NCBI RefSeq assembly: GCF_964204645.1
Contig: NC_134025.1
Location: 21,179,101 to 21,243,100, forward strand
Reading direction: 5' to 3'
Length of the DNA stretch: 64,000 nt
Origin: Tubulanus polymorphus
Taxonomy: Eukaryota; Animalia; Nemertea
The position numbers were made by a program, and so were the translations under genes. Shown in pieces: positions 1 through 13,700 of the stretch (position 1 is its first letter; every line of letters begins with the position of its first letter). Under the pieces are notes generated by a model, which saw only the letters and a list, made by a program, of their open reading frames with translations, did no database searches and was not told the origin of the DNA.

Positions 1-364
1 AATACGAACTTTGATACGTATATTCTAACTTGTTGAAATACATTCGTATCTAATCGTTTCAAGTGATCGACAAACGTAAGTATAGAGATTAGCAACAAGT
101 CACAGTTGACTGGTGAAATGAAATACCTCGTTAGGAGTATGGCAGCCTTTGTATTAGGGCCGTTTCCCGGGGGCTGTATTCAAAGTTCAGTTATCAATGG
201 TTAAAAGCGACATCATTTGGTCCCTTTTTGCTCTAAATATATATACAACATCATAAGTATATGTGACTCAAATAATGGTGGTTTACCGAGGTTTAATGAA
301 ATTAGTTAGGTACCGGTATACATTTACGACTTGGCCTGGGTGATCGGTTGTGACTTCGCGTATA

Positions 365-657
365 ATAATGGGGAACCCGAAACACCAACTATCCCACCAG
401 ATGGCGTGACGAGCAATCGGTCTTACGTTGTCAAGATTACTTCATTTTCAATGAATTTTGAACTGAATTTCTAGACTACCAATTTCATATGCCACCACAG
501 GACCTGCCAAATATACAATACATTCATTCTTACTCAGATATCGGCATTCAGTTTTGATTGAAATTTAGAAGCTATCGAACGCGGAAGACCGATTAGCCAC
601 AAGCGAACCTGGTGGATCCTCGCCTGCCATACGTGGAGTCCTCGATTGCCACAGTAA
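365..657 (+). repeat. Dispersed repeat family B, copy 1
   Basis: Shares AGCGAACCTGGTGGATCCTCGCCTGCCATA...TCGATTGCCACAG and upstream blocks with 31692-31917 (+) and 60560-60897 (-). Confidence 0.8.
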
Positions 658-794
658 CGGTGCGTAATTAAGCTCCGCATTAAGCTCCACATTCAAATAC
701 ACGCTGTTAAGATAACGACTGTATGACATATCCCTTCAGTCAGCGTAGCGAATTAAAAATAAAAAATATTCTTGAGAATTCCGCTGTATATTCA

Positions 795-800
795 TTTATT
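795..800 (-). promoter_or_regulatory. Candidate polyadenylation signal of the GPCR mRNA
   Basis: AATAAA on the minus strand ~445 nt past the stop, followed ~25 nt later by a T-rich tract (A-rich on the plus strand, 755-768). An alternative AATAAA lies at 1047-1052. Confidence 0.45.
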
Positions 801-1244
801 CGTCAATCACAATACTTCAATATCCATCTATACATATTTACACTCACTTTTTTTTATCCTTGAGGAAAAAAAATGTTCTGGTGATCTCAAATATATTCTC
901 ACCAAAAAAACGCATAACACAGAGCGGACAAGAGGAGCTGGAAATCGTAGAATACGTAATCAATAAAAAAATTATGACACTGATAATAGGTCAGAGAAGA
1001 AGCTTCTTCTGCAGTAAAATAATCACACGTATAACAAACAATAAGTTTTATTTCTCTCATGAATACGGTTGAATGCGAGGCCACGTCCGAATCTCAATAT
1101 ACATTATTTACTTTTAATTCAAGGCTCTTTCAACCATTTTATCACCTGTTCATTCGGGGTACAATCATTGTAACATAACGCTGGCTCCGTACATATCGAT
1201 TTTTTAAGTGTCAGTCGGGAATATAGTAATATAACAAACATCAT

Positions 1245-1741
1245 TCACACGAACGTGCCGGGGTTTTTCGACACGTTATTGCAGCCGATAATCTGGTGTT
1301 TCGGCAGGTAAACGGTTGCGCACACCGTTTCCTGTTCGTTCGGCGCTTCGGTCGTAGAATTCTCGACCGGTTCTTCGTTCTTATTCCGCAGATTAATATT
1401 TCCGTTGTTGCACGCGTTAACGTTATTCGTTCGGTCGGTTTCGTGCATCGCCGGCGTCGGGGTCTTGTTGCTTTTGCCGAGTGCCGTCGCGGTTTTGTTG
1501 CCGGATCCGTTATCGCAAGCTCGAAACGTCGCCCCGCGGTTTCGGTTCGTGTTTATCGTCGAGTGAAACGACGATACGTACGTGTTCGAGCGTTCCGAAT
1601 AGTATCGACTCCTGCCGAGTCGGTTTAACGATTTCTTCGGTAGACAGCAGCACAACGTTGACTTGAAGGCCTCTCGGTATTTTTTCGACATAAGGTTGTA
1701 CAGTATCGGATTTATGGTCGAACTGACAAAATATAGCACCC
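1245..1741 (-). CDS. GPCR coding exon 4 (TM7, helix 8, C-terminal tail)
   Basis: Acceptor atttcAG|GG at 1742/1741; translation GVLYFVSSTINPILYNLMSKKYREAFKSTLCCC... to TGA at 1247-1245; Ser/Thr-rich tail. Confidence 0.93.
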
Positions 1742-4700
1742 CTGAAATATCAGAAATATCGAAACAAATAAATATTGATACGCCCCTTGCTGCCAACCAG
1801 GCCACCGAAAACTCGAGAAAAAACTGCGAAGAAACTTTCGGAATATTTACACGTGGAAAATGGCCAAAAATAGATATCCATAGACTCAGTGACATTAAGA
1901 AATCGGTTCAAAGTCAATTCAATTTATTCAATTAAGCAAAGTGGCTGAATGGCCATTTAAATGGCATCATCTATCGAAAAACACCATATCAATAGGAAGC
2001 GTCGAAGGATTTCACGGGAAGCGATCTTTTCTCTAAAGATCTATTATCCTCGTGGGCGTAAAAAAGTACCCGCTGTGGCCGTCGGTTACAACACCCACGC
2101 TTGTGTAGTATGTATGTATGTATACATCTTCACCCGTCAAGGGATTCGAACCCACTCTTCTAGAGCCGTTCCCCGGTGGAAGCGAGTTCGGGGGCGATAC
2201 CGGACCCCTGGCAAGCGAGGATGGTATGTATATCAACTGTATGTCAACATTGCCATTGTATGATGGCGACATAATGAATATAAACGCGACTGCAAATATC
2301 TAGTTTTGTCACAGGCGTTTTATTGCGTCATCTCTTGTTTTTGATAGGTCACCCTCAAATTGCATGTTTTGGGTTTTCTACGTATTTGCCGAATCGGCCG
2401 CCATTATGTTGATATCTTGATAACTGTTCGATTTTGTACCGTCTGGTTATATATACGCACCTGAGAGATTGAATATATGCGAGTGAACCGCTGATAGTGC
2501 GTCCGTCCATTTATCCTGAGGGATATAAATAGCCCACAAACGCTGCAAATGAAATGGTGCCCAGCACACGAAGAACGCGACGACCACCGCCACTGTAACA
2601 CAAAACGAAAAAAATAAATCTATCTTACTAATTTTCAAGGGATGGCGAATACTGCACTCAAGCCAAACGCCCACGACGAAGCGGAAACAAGGAAAAAGAA
2701 AACGGAAACATGTTTCCGAGCGTTCCTTGATTAGATGTGACGCGTGCCTCCTCGGGAAATCTGAATTTCGTACTGCCCTCGTGTCACGTGCGTGTTTACG
2801 AGAAACAAGAAACATGGTCTCAAGAAAAATATTTCCGAGATCAAACACGTTTGAGTATTCGGCGTGTTCCTGTTTCCCTGTGTCGTGTGCGTTGGACTCT
2901 AAGCGAAACAAAGGCAGTTTCATTTCGAATTTAAGACTAAGCCTTTCCGAACAATACATTTTGAGTAGTAGATGTATTCTATTTTTCCTCATTCAAATTT
3001 TTTTTAATTTTTGGAGGTTTTCAGCACGAGATTCTTTAGATTTGACGAAAAATTCGCGAATGCTCGGAAAGACTGGAGTCTCTTTCCGTCATAAGTATAA
3101 TAGATAAGTAAAAGTGGTTTGGTAAATACAGAACGGTTGTAAATTCAGGGGAAGCGCTATATGAAAAAGAATATAAACAAGCGTTGAGATACTTAAGATA
3201 TATCGAAAGAATATTTTACAACAACTTCGGCAATTTGAGTCGCACGTGACATACATGAACATAGTATGGATTCTATTATTGCATATCGTAATATATAACA
3301 ATGTGAGATATAGGTAGATATTATAGTTATTGCATGTAAATCGGCATCCTCGCTTGCCCATGATTTCTTGGTCGGACTGGTTCTCCCTAAGCGTCCACCA
3401 GTCTCTTATCAAGCCAATCAAGTGTAGTGAATCTGCTGGTGACACTAGTGGACGATTAGCGGCAACCTGCCGCCCAAGAAATCTTGGGCCATGTAATAGA
3501 GCAATGGAGCGTTTGCGGCAAGCGAGGATGGTGAATCGGTGAAAATGGATGACTTCTTCAAAATGTCCAATTTGAAGCCTAGGATTCCAGATGTAAACGA
3601 CGGACATGGAGAAAATGTTATCCATTACTTAGATTGTATACAATATAGACGTAGTCGAGCGGATTTCTCTTCCAGGATCAGAATTCAGGATCAGAATATT
3701 TTGGATTTTAAAACAATAAGAACCCGTTTATGCAATCAAAAGTTTCATAGTTCTGATTGGTTAGTAGCTGAGATCGGGCACTGACCAATCATAGAACAAT
3801 GACTGGTGTCCGAAATTACTTATCGTGACTATGACCATGGGCTCTACAGTCCATGGTATAAAATAGTGATTTCAGAACCGATTCATTCATTAGAAAAAAT
3901 CCGCTCATCCCATTGTACATAGTCGTGGTGATGTGTTGTGTATTGTTCGTTTGCCTGTTGTAAATATAAAATCCTAGCTTGTCACAGTTTGTCTTATTAT
4001 TCAGAGCTAATCGCGTAAGAATATCTTGTGATTTGAGCGTGTTGATCTGGCACATGAGAATTTACTACGTATCGTTATTGCCATTGATTTATTTATGAAA
4101 CAGATGCCAAAACTGCAACTACTTTTTAAGCGAATGAATTTACAATTCAAAGATTTTCGCGTATCATTCGTTCGTGGACGTTATATTAGATTTGAATACT
4201 AGATTACCACTGAATTCGCCATTACACAAGCGAATTTGATCGAATTTCAATATTGAAACGATTCGTCAAGAGCGTAGCCAACATCGTTTGGAATGTTATT
4301 CGTATTACAAATTTAATTCAGCGGCGGGAAATTGTATTTGGCAAATACGTTTCGTAAGCAAAATAGGGTTGGATACTGTTCCAGGTATTATGGTATTTTC
4401 TGCATGACGTTTTACAATTGTAAGTATATTTTTAAGAGGTTGCTATTTCTTTCGAGTATAAGTGGAAAAGTTTTGCGAATAAACAAATCTAAGCGGTTAT
4501 TTTCTATTATACTCAGAGTCTAAACACCAGTACCGATAAGACTATAGGGTTGTGTAATCTTATCTCAAGGGATTTCGAAAATGACTTTTCGATTTACATT
4601 TACATGTAATTTCATATACTGAGATTTTCAACATAGGTGGGCATTTTCATAAGTACGCTTAACTAGGGATTTTCCTGAATGAAAGTCGGACCAGGAAATA

Positions 4701-7700
4701 TTTAAATCTAGGATTAAAGATTAAAGATTATCTTAAGTATTCTGCGCCCATAATCTTATCTGGTGTCCGTTGCAGAAATGCTTCATAATTAGGTAATAAA
4801 CACATGCCCGGTTAAGTGAGGCAGGCAAACAAACAAACACAGACACATCCTCGCTAAACAGGATCTCCAAAACCGGTTACATTATCAGTCAGGCGATCCA
4901 TTGACCAAGCACCCGCTATAGTTTGAAAACATATATACAGTGTATTTAACGCAGTGCGCAGCATTAGATGATGATAATGTTCGGGCCTCAGGCCCTGAAT
5001 AGCGTGGATGGCACACAAGAAGCAAAACATTAATAGAAAGTGACGAAAATAATTTGATAGACGTGCCTAGATAGGCGTGTAGGGTCTTACTACCCGCTCG
5101 CTGGTTGCACGCTGAGGCTCGCGAGCGCTTTGGACGGTCTTCGGTGTCCGGGGCTATTTCCCCTCTGGGCTGCTGAGTGGCTACGAAGAATATAATAATA
5201 GAACGTAGAAATAATATGAAACTAAAAGCCAGGGTCATTTGATAATTCTTATACGCATATAAATATATACATCTAGCAACACAACAATGACTCTATCAGT
5301 GGTTAGATATATATACGAGCGCTTTGCGATCAACAAGTCGTATCCTGAAAAAATAATAGTGCATGATGAAAATTATCACAATGTCACGACGACGACGGCT
5401 ACCAATTGCGAGAATAATGTGTGGAATTCGCACCAAAAAAAATAAACTGTTAGTATAATCTATGTTTCCAAAATACTTCCTCAAACTCGTTCTGGGACAC
5501 GAATGCAAATTTTTAGTATGGCAATTCTGCAACTAAAGACAATAGATAGCGCAAGATTTACCCGCGTTCCATGTCCCTTGAGGCTTACAAATGAGCCTAT
5601 TGTCTCGGCGATCAATTTGCAGCCCTATTCCATCGGTCATCCAAACACAAGACAATCATGCGCTTCGGAGGCGAATAAAGCAAATGAAATGGCCAATTCC
5701 ACCAGCTAAATGTTTGTCTATCCGAGTAGGTGTCGGAGTCGGAAGATTTACGGAATTCGTATTACGGGCAGTTTCAGTTGACGTCTAATATATCGGTTTT
5801 CTTAACCTTCGAAGCGTTAAATTGCGTTAATTTTTTTTCACGTAAATTCTTCGTCGATACGCTGAAGAAACTAACCAAGTAAGCCAGCTGACGCATGATT
5901 GGAATTGTTAATATGTCTAATCATCGATTGGAATCGGGTACATTTATCACGGTGTTGATCAAGTTTCCGAACAAGCGCTGTCAAAATATCGCAGTAGTCT
6001 GGGTTTTATTTACTGAAATCATTTGTCGAATGTTTCAATCTATAGCGCGCGCCGTCTGCTTCAGATAATGCGCGCTCTGTGTGTCGCTCGTGTGGTGCGA
6101 ATCCGGTGTAGATACAACATTTGATGCGTGGCAGAGAATCTCGGATAAGATTGATCCAGTTGCTGAGAATGGCTTCTAATCAGCCACCTTATACCACGAA
6201 ATAACTGATTGAAGTACACATTCGTGTCAGATTGGGCCAGCTCAATTCACCGTAATCTTTTTACTGCCTTTCAATGTCGGCAACTTTTTGCGAGGAGGCT
6301 CTTCGGAAAGTGTCAATAAATCTATCAACGAATCTTACACTTTAGAAAAGCGACAGCGAGAGGGAAGAAAATATGAATACAGATTACAGAGAGCGATACC
6401 GACTGTCTGATGACTAGAGAGCTAATGCCGTATCGGCCGACAAGCTCGTTACATGTACCTGAATAGAAATCTGCGTATCAGAAATCGCGTTGATAGAAGT
6501 TTGTTTTTACCGAAAAAAACCGATTTATTAGTTAACACCACTCCGATGTTGTTGAAGACATTTATGAAGTTGTTTAAGGCGTATAGTTATCGATAAGACA
6601 CCAAAAAAACAAACGATGCCTATTTTTGACATTCTCAGAATTAATCGCATAAGTGCGATACCGTACAAGATCTCGTCTGCCGCTGGAAAGACTGTTCTCA
6701 GATTTTTTTCTTATTTTGATGTCAACTATTCGCCATTAAGCGCGTCGTCAGATGTGTCGGTAATTTGTATCGAATTGCGAAATACGAATTAATTATTTCC
6801 ATTACTTGCCCGAAAGACGTGTATAGAGAAACATTATAACCGCTGTCTATTATAGTAATTACATGAACATTGGAAACACGAAAGAAACTGATTGCGCGAT
6901 GAAGTTTGACCATCGCTGGACTCAGCCACCGTGGCAGTCTCCGGTGCATGCCGTGGAACGATACGGCACGTAAGGAAAACCAAGTTTCGATTATCAACAG
7001 CCATCGTTTTGTAATTTCTTTTACTTGGAGAGACTTTAATGAAATAATCTTACTGAAATACGAGTGTGTGTATCGTTCTCTTTGCTATATAATCTGTGAT
7101 ACAATGTATCTCTAGTAATTCCTTGAAAATCGTTTTTAGTTGGCACCGAAAATTCTGATTTTAGATAATAAATTCTAACCTTACAATATTTTAAGTTTTT
7201 GGCTTCGTGATTGCGGGACTTTATATTTGAAATCTTCTTTCGCGACTCATTGCGAAGTTTTACCTCGTCTATGGAGAATTCAATTTGAAATTTGACACGA
7301 ATAGAAGTGTATTGGTCGACATTCGTACGATGGCACGATTCATCACTCGGACTGAAAACCGTTCTGGTTTTAAGTTTAAAACCCACTAGATATAGTTAAA
7401 TGGTTAAAAGCGAAATTCATTACTCAAGAATTAATTAAAAACAAAAGACACGACTCTACCATCGTCGCTTTTGACCTTAGATTTTGTAAACGATCCTCCA
7501 CGTCAGCGTTTGACTATTCTACTACCATTCATGAACAGGGATGTAGCCATGGATTTTTGATTGGTCAGAGAAGGAACTAACTTTTTCAACTGCTCTTTTA
7601 ACTGACAGATCGCTTTTGACAGCCGATGTTTTTGACAGCTAGTTTTTGATTTGCTTTCATGACACACAAGGATGGACTAGTTATAGTCTGTCGCGGTCGA

Positions 7701-10700
7701 AGTACCATTCCCGCCGCCGCTGGTTGAAAAGATCGTTTTTCGACTTTACCGATATTTTCAGTATTGGTTATCACTGATAAAACTCAATGTCCTTAAACAT
7801 TGCCGAAGGCTAACACTGCCTACATGGTTTTTCAGTCTGTATCTTCACCCTCGTTCCTCATTCGTCGCAGAAGCGAATTTCTAATCATCGACGAGGTGAT
7901 TCGAGTTTTTCATTAAACGCGTTTTGAAACGCGCTGCAAATATTGCATTCCACGTGGCAATCGTCTCCTGCGACGTGTTACCGGTGATCTATTTTCCATT
8001 AGCGAGTCGTTGACGCTAATTTAATAGACAATTCTAACATCATCAATTATGATGCGTCGATAGGGTTTCAATAGAAATCGAACGGCGACCGAAAATTCGT
8101 TCGGGGGTTAAACAGCGAATCACCGGTCAAAAGCCGGTTGATATATAAAAGCCGGTTGATATAAAGGTTGATATATCAATCGAAATTCTTTTTTACTTGA
8201 TTGTTTTTAATTTCCATTGATTTAGATTCTGTACATTATGATATTTATTTCTCCTCAATATGATACAAGAAATAATTTTGATACGAGGAGTTTTACAAAA
8301 TCTTCCAGGTGGCCGTAGAGGAGCCTTAAGGCTGTAATCTATGAGACAAAGTCCTCTGGGCCCCCGTATACATCATCCTCCCTCGACGGGGATTCGAACC
8401 TGATGACATCGTTACACTCAGCCACGGCACGAACCCTGCCACAGTAAACCGGGTGCGCAGGTACATGCGCAGCTTTGCCGCACGAAAACTTGTGGGAGGA
8501 TGGTATATATACCTCCATGAATATATAATGATTAATAACTCCCCCTATAGTATTCCTATTCTACTAACCCTCTTTAACCTCTGTGAAAATTGGAAATATA
8601 GCTTAAAGATATGCTTAGATATTTCAAAAGTAATGAATATCGCGATTTTTTTTACGCACGGTTAAGATGTGCGGTCCTTGGTTTCACATCGTCACTGCTC
8701 TCAATTGCGGCGTTCAAAAAATCCAAGAATCACCGGCAAATATCTGCATTTCATTTCCTTTAAAATGGTGTATACATTTAGTTCGTCGAGCAAGGGACTG
8801 CAGAACTATATGATATTCTATCTAAACTTATGTTTTAAAAATGAGCGCAAATTATCGCAACAATGGGTACAATGGGTACGAGGGACCGCCACAAAATGGC
8901 GCCTAGAAACTTGAAACTTCTTTATTTGAAGGCCTAACCTCAGTATGTACGTGGCATAAAACGTAGAATGTTTGTTTTTCTCCAATGACTACTCCAGCGC
9001 GTTGACTTCAGCAACGTCGACAGTGGTAAGAACCGATTTACTATCAAAATTCATATGAATTCATAATTGTATTAATTATTATTTTCAAAATGTTCATTTT
9101 GTTTGTTCAGTCATTTATCCCTCACTGGAATGAAAGAACAACTTTTTAAACTCCTACTTCTTTCATAAGGTAATGAGAAAGAAGAATAGACAGAAGAGAA
9201 GCTCGATGGAAGATTGTTAACACGGACTGCAACTGAAATTTCTAATTATGAACTACATTTGAACAGTAAATTCTTTTAAGTTCGATCACCCATCCAATTA
9301 TATCGTCTCTACTTCGATATCCGATTATAAAATCAAACGACCTGCTTCGTTCCCGGCAGTTTATGGTTGGTTTGTAAGAGACACCTGATCAAATCAAATT
9401 GAATCGATCAATCAAAATGAATAAGAGGGATAATCATCCCGTATCAAGATCAAAAACATCGCAATAGAACAAATATAATTTGGGTGGAATATATAATATA
9501 TAACAAATACGAGAAAAATCCCTCAATAATTCAGCCAAAAATGAAAGGTTCCCTTGAATAAAGTGGATATACAAAGGACTGAGTGATTAAAGAATTTATT
9601 TGAATTACTTTAATCAATGTTCTACTTCTAACTTTCTAATCAATCACTCAGTCCCTTTGTTTGATTCTTGTAATTTCTTGTAAATCTATTCTGTGTCAGT
9701 ACGCCTGATGATGGCTAATAGTATTAAGCCGATACGCTGTTCAAATACATACGGTACTCTGTTACCCAAGAACGTTTCATCTTTGGCTGAACTATTGTAG
9801 GATTTCTCTCGTATATTCATCTCACGGATATTGTGTATCTTCTCGTCGTATAGAACATAACTCACAATATGCCTTTTTTGCAGAGAAAATGATAAATTGT
9901 ACTTTAATCTAATCTATAGACCACTTGTTCAAAGGTAGAGAAAACATCCGTATTTCAACGTCTGGGGATACCCGTTGTGATACATGGATGTTCTTTGAAC
10001 TGATATCTCCTAATATTTTCTGCTTTATCCTGTTCCGCCCCAATTCAAGTTATCTAAAGTTGATTCAGTTTACCTATTTGCTTTTAAAATGGTGATAAAA
10101 TGAAGTTTAAGTCGGGGATGAAATTGGGAATACGGATTTAAGCACTCTTATGATTCGGCTGCGCAAAAAGATTCATCTGAAAACTTTACTAACGACATTG
10201 ATACAGCCATATAGACTCCTGTAGAGTCCATGATATAGCTAAAAACATGTACCGTTTGGGGTGCTAAAAGATGATATAGAGAATGAATTCTCGGCCACGC
10301 CATAAAGATGTTGTGTTAGCGTCGGTATTATTGCCATTCCTTCGACATCTAACCAGAAGAACTAAGCGTGAAAAATATGACGTCAATTGCTCTTTTTAAC
10401 ATGGTCCGAATGATGTATCACTTCGGGTGCGTGCAATCCGCAGTTTCATAACTACGTTCCAAAAGACGTCGGCATCATCAAAGGGATTTCAGCGCGTTTT
10501 TTCGCGCCCCGTTCGTTCATGAATAAAATCACCGCGCCGTCTCGAGAACTTCGATAAGAGACCGCATGGTGGACCGGGGTTCAGTCAGAGCGCGGTTCGA
10601 GATGATGAAATCAATACGATCTGAACGCCGTTATATGCCGGAAATTGAATAGCGCCTCGAGGAAATAAAGATACACGTCAGATCATAGCCATAAAAACGT

Positions 10701-13700
10701 AAAAAATGTAATTTTTCGGTCGTTTTTTTCTACGATTGGAGCATGCGTCATGTATATATGTATATATAAGGATAAATAGAAGTCAACGGCTATCGCATTT
10801 GTTTTGATCCCGACACCAATTCCCCGAGAGAGACCTCATTCAATTTGCGTCGCAATGTTACCCATATTTTCGTATCTCGGAGACGGAAAGAAGTTTACTA
10901 CGTGTTACACGTCATAAAACAGAACACGAATCGTTCGGACGTTTGTGGCCATCGAGAAAATAGCTATAACCAGGCGGACATTTATTCCTCAACGATAGAC
11001 GAATCAGTATTGTAGATGTACGGTACTGCACAAGTGGGGTAGTTCGGAGAGAAACTATTACTGTTTATATAGCATATCCCCGTCCGCGCTAGCCCAAGTG
11101 AACAGCATTTTTTATCGACTTAATCAGTTGTCCATTTGAAAAACATTCCCCGCATCGTTATTCTCACAGACGAATGCGCGAAAATTCATCCAGGCCGATG
11201 TAATGTTCTAAACATCGCCTTAACTTGACAAGCGAGTCGCAAGAAAATGTGACAAGATATAGCTCGGTCTTGGATGAGAATTCCATTCAGAATTCGGAGA
11301 ACATCACAAAGTTAGTGGTTTAGACGGAATATTGTCGTCAGACGCCTCTGATCTAATTACGAATATAACGGTTTTTAATGAAATTGAAATGAATTCTCGG
11401 CACATGAAGCGACTCAGTCTTTGTTCGCGGAGTATTGAAGCGACATGGATTACATTATAATCAGCTTATTTTACTACATAACGGTTTTTCGCAATTTTCG
11501 CCTCTGTTTTTTTTTTTTTCTATAGCGTCTGATACTTTTCAGGAATATGTCTCGCAAACCGGAAGCCGAATTTTAGTGAATGCTTCCATAGGGGCTGACC
11601 AGTTCCACTTTAACGTTTTAGACTATAAGACAAAGGTTCTGCTTGGCGATAAACGTAGTAATCGCTGTCTAACTAATCATGACCATTCTTTATAGATTAA
11701 AGCCCATTTATGGACTTCTCTGTATTACATAACCAGCCATGAATATGTATCTGCGTTAGCGAATTGGTGTTTAGACAAAGAATAGACGGAGGACCAATGA
11801 ATCAATGTATCGGAGGACCCCTTTTGCTGCCTCAAGCATCAAGTGGCATTTATGAAGGCTAATTCTCGCAATGTTTCGTCGTATACGGCTACAAGACACA
11901 CGCGGCTTACCGAAATCGGTGAAGTTGGAGAGAACCCCGCCCTGCTGAAATCAGAATTACAGTGACTCAGCAGCAGATCTTGGAAAATTGGAAGGCCGGG
12001 GTCCAGATGAAAATAAAAGGCATAATAGGCTCGGATAAAGCAGCCATGCTTAAGAACTTGGGATCCCTCCATCTAGGGTTACATATCTTTTGGAAGAAAT
12101 CCATCCTAAAAAATGCTCCGAGAGGATGAATGTGATATTTTTTATTCTACGATCTTTGGTTTAGGAAAAAGGCAACCACAATGGGAAGGCAGGGTTTGGA
12201 CCCCGACACCACCCCCAAATTCGCTCCTGTGACTGCCATTGATGACTAGCGCGAACATTACGCGTGACGCTGGTGACGAGACTCTATACCACGACATGCG
12301 AACAGCAAGTTTCGTTTGAAATATCAAAATGTCGAAAAAATGAATTCATACGTAAAGTTTCCTTCCGATATCAGAAAACTCGCGGAGATCAAGACCCATA
12401 TCATATCCGATCTCAGAAGACAACGTAATTATCGTCATCCGTTGAGCGTCTCTCGGTTCGTCTTATCGGCAGCTTTAACGTCTGAGAGCTCGAAGCGCTC
12501 AAAATCTTGTGATGGCGTATTTATTGGCGCCGAAGATTGACTTCAGTCGACTTGTTCAGATTGGCATTAAACGCGCTTTGATCAATAGCGCAAGAAATCG
12601 GAGACTAGTGAAATAAGATTACAAAGGCGCGTGTATACACGACAGTTTTATCCGCGAAGGCTGCGGGTTGATTTTCATATCGGGTATACGAATGTGAGTG
12701 TTACCATCAAAATCTTGAGTTTCGTTGGATGTCAATCTAGCCGTCAGGTGGTTGAAATGGTTAGCACGACGCGAACGTTCAGCGTCAGAATTCGTTACAC
12801 GCAACGTGTACTCCGCCTTCGTATGTGGCTTCTCACATGACTGACCGGAAATGAGCACTGGGGAAAGTTTGTACCGGAATCCATACATTCACGTGATTAT
12901 CCGAAGATTGATTTTAGCAGTAGAACAACACACATCAGTATTCATCAGATTCACGAAAACCTTTGCTGAATGCACGATTTATGTAATCCAATGTTTATCA
13001 ACAATTACATCTATTCAAATTCAAATGCTTGTTCCCCGAATTCCTTGATTTCCATAAGCTTAGTTATGCGAGCTGAAAGCCTTTTGAACTCTATGGGCAG
13101 CGGCGAATAAGAGGGGAAAATGAGTTTTTATCTTACGAACAGCTTTCTTTCGGGGTGCCCGTTTGGTTATATGATATGTCATATTTTGGGATGCGGATGA
13201 ATGTTTCCAAGCTCGGTATATTACAGGTTCAATGTTACTTTTATTTGATTAGTTTTGAATGATTCAATAGCAAGATTACTACAAGTTGAACCTTTCCGAA
13301 GCTCTGCAGTCTTTTAATCGTGATAGTTCTATGTGAGTGCTTTGATTAATACTGCACCAGAGGAACTTACGTACTAGCCGAGTTGTGGTCATGATTTTTC
13401 TGGGAGAGAAAAACGCTGATATTAGTTACTGTGGGAAGACTCAACAGGTACCTAGTTCACTGTGTGTTAAGGAAAATGAGATGAACTGGGAGTCTATCGA
13501 ACTGCTACTAATATACAAGCGGTTTCCTGCGGTTTGCAGTATACCCTTACACCGCCTGTATAGGTTTCAAAAGGTTTTTCGTTTGTTTGCTATATAAAGC
13601 GCGTTCAGATAGGAACAAACGATTTAAAAAAAAGAAAAAAGCAAGACTTAACACACGGGGACGACTTTTGGCATTCGTCCTCTATAGTCAAGTTCAGGCA

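Noticed and set aside
600-657. HDV-like ribozyme in family B (TCCTCG motif)
   Set aside because: The flanks do not form the required P3 or P1 pairings by eye.
1742-1895. N-terminal extension of ORF 1245..1895 (likewise 2593-2992 and 42668-42708)
   Set aside because: Read-through into intron beyond clear splice sites; no GPCR-like sequence.
1296-1935. Plus-strand ORFs overlapping GPCR exons (also 16907-17095 and 42792-43149)
   Set aside because: Antisense shadows of real coding sequence with no recognisable motifs.
3089-3625. 178-aa minus-strand ORF
   Set aside because: It spans a MITE and AT-rich intron and has no recognisable domain.
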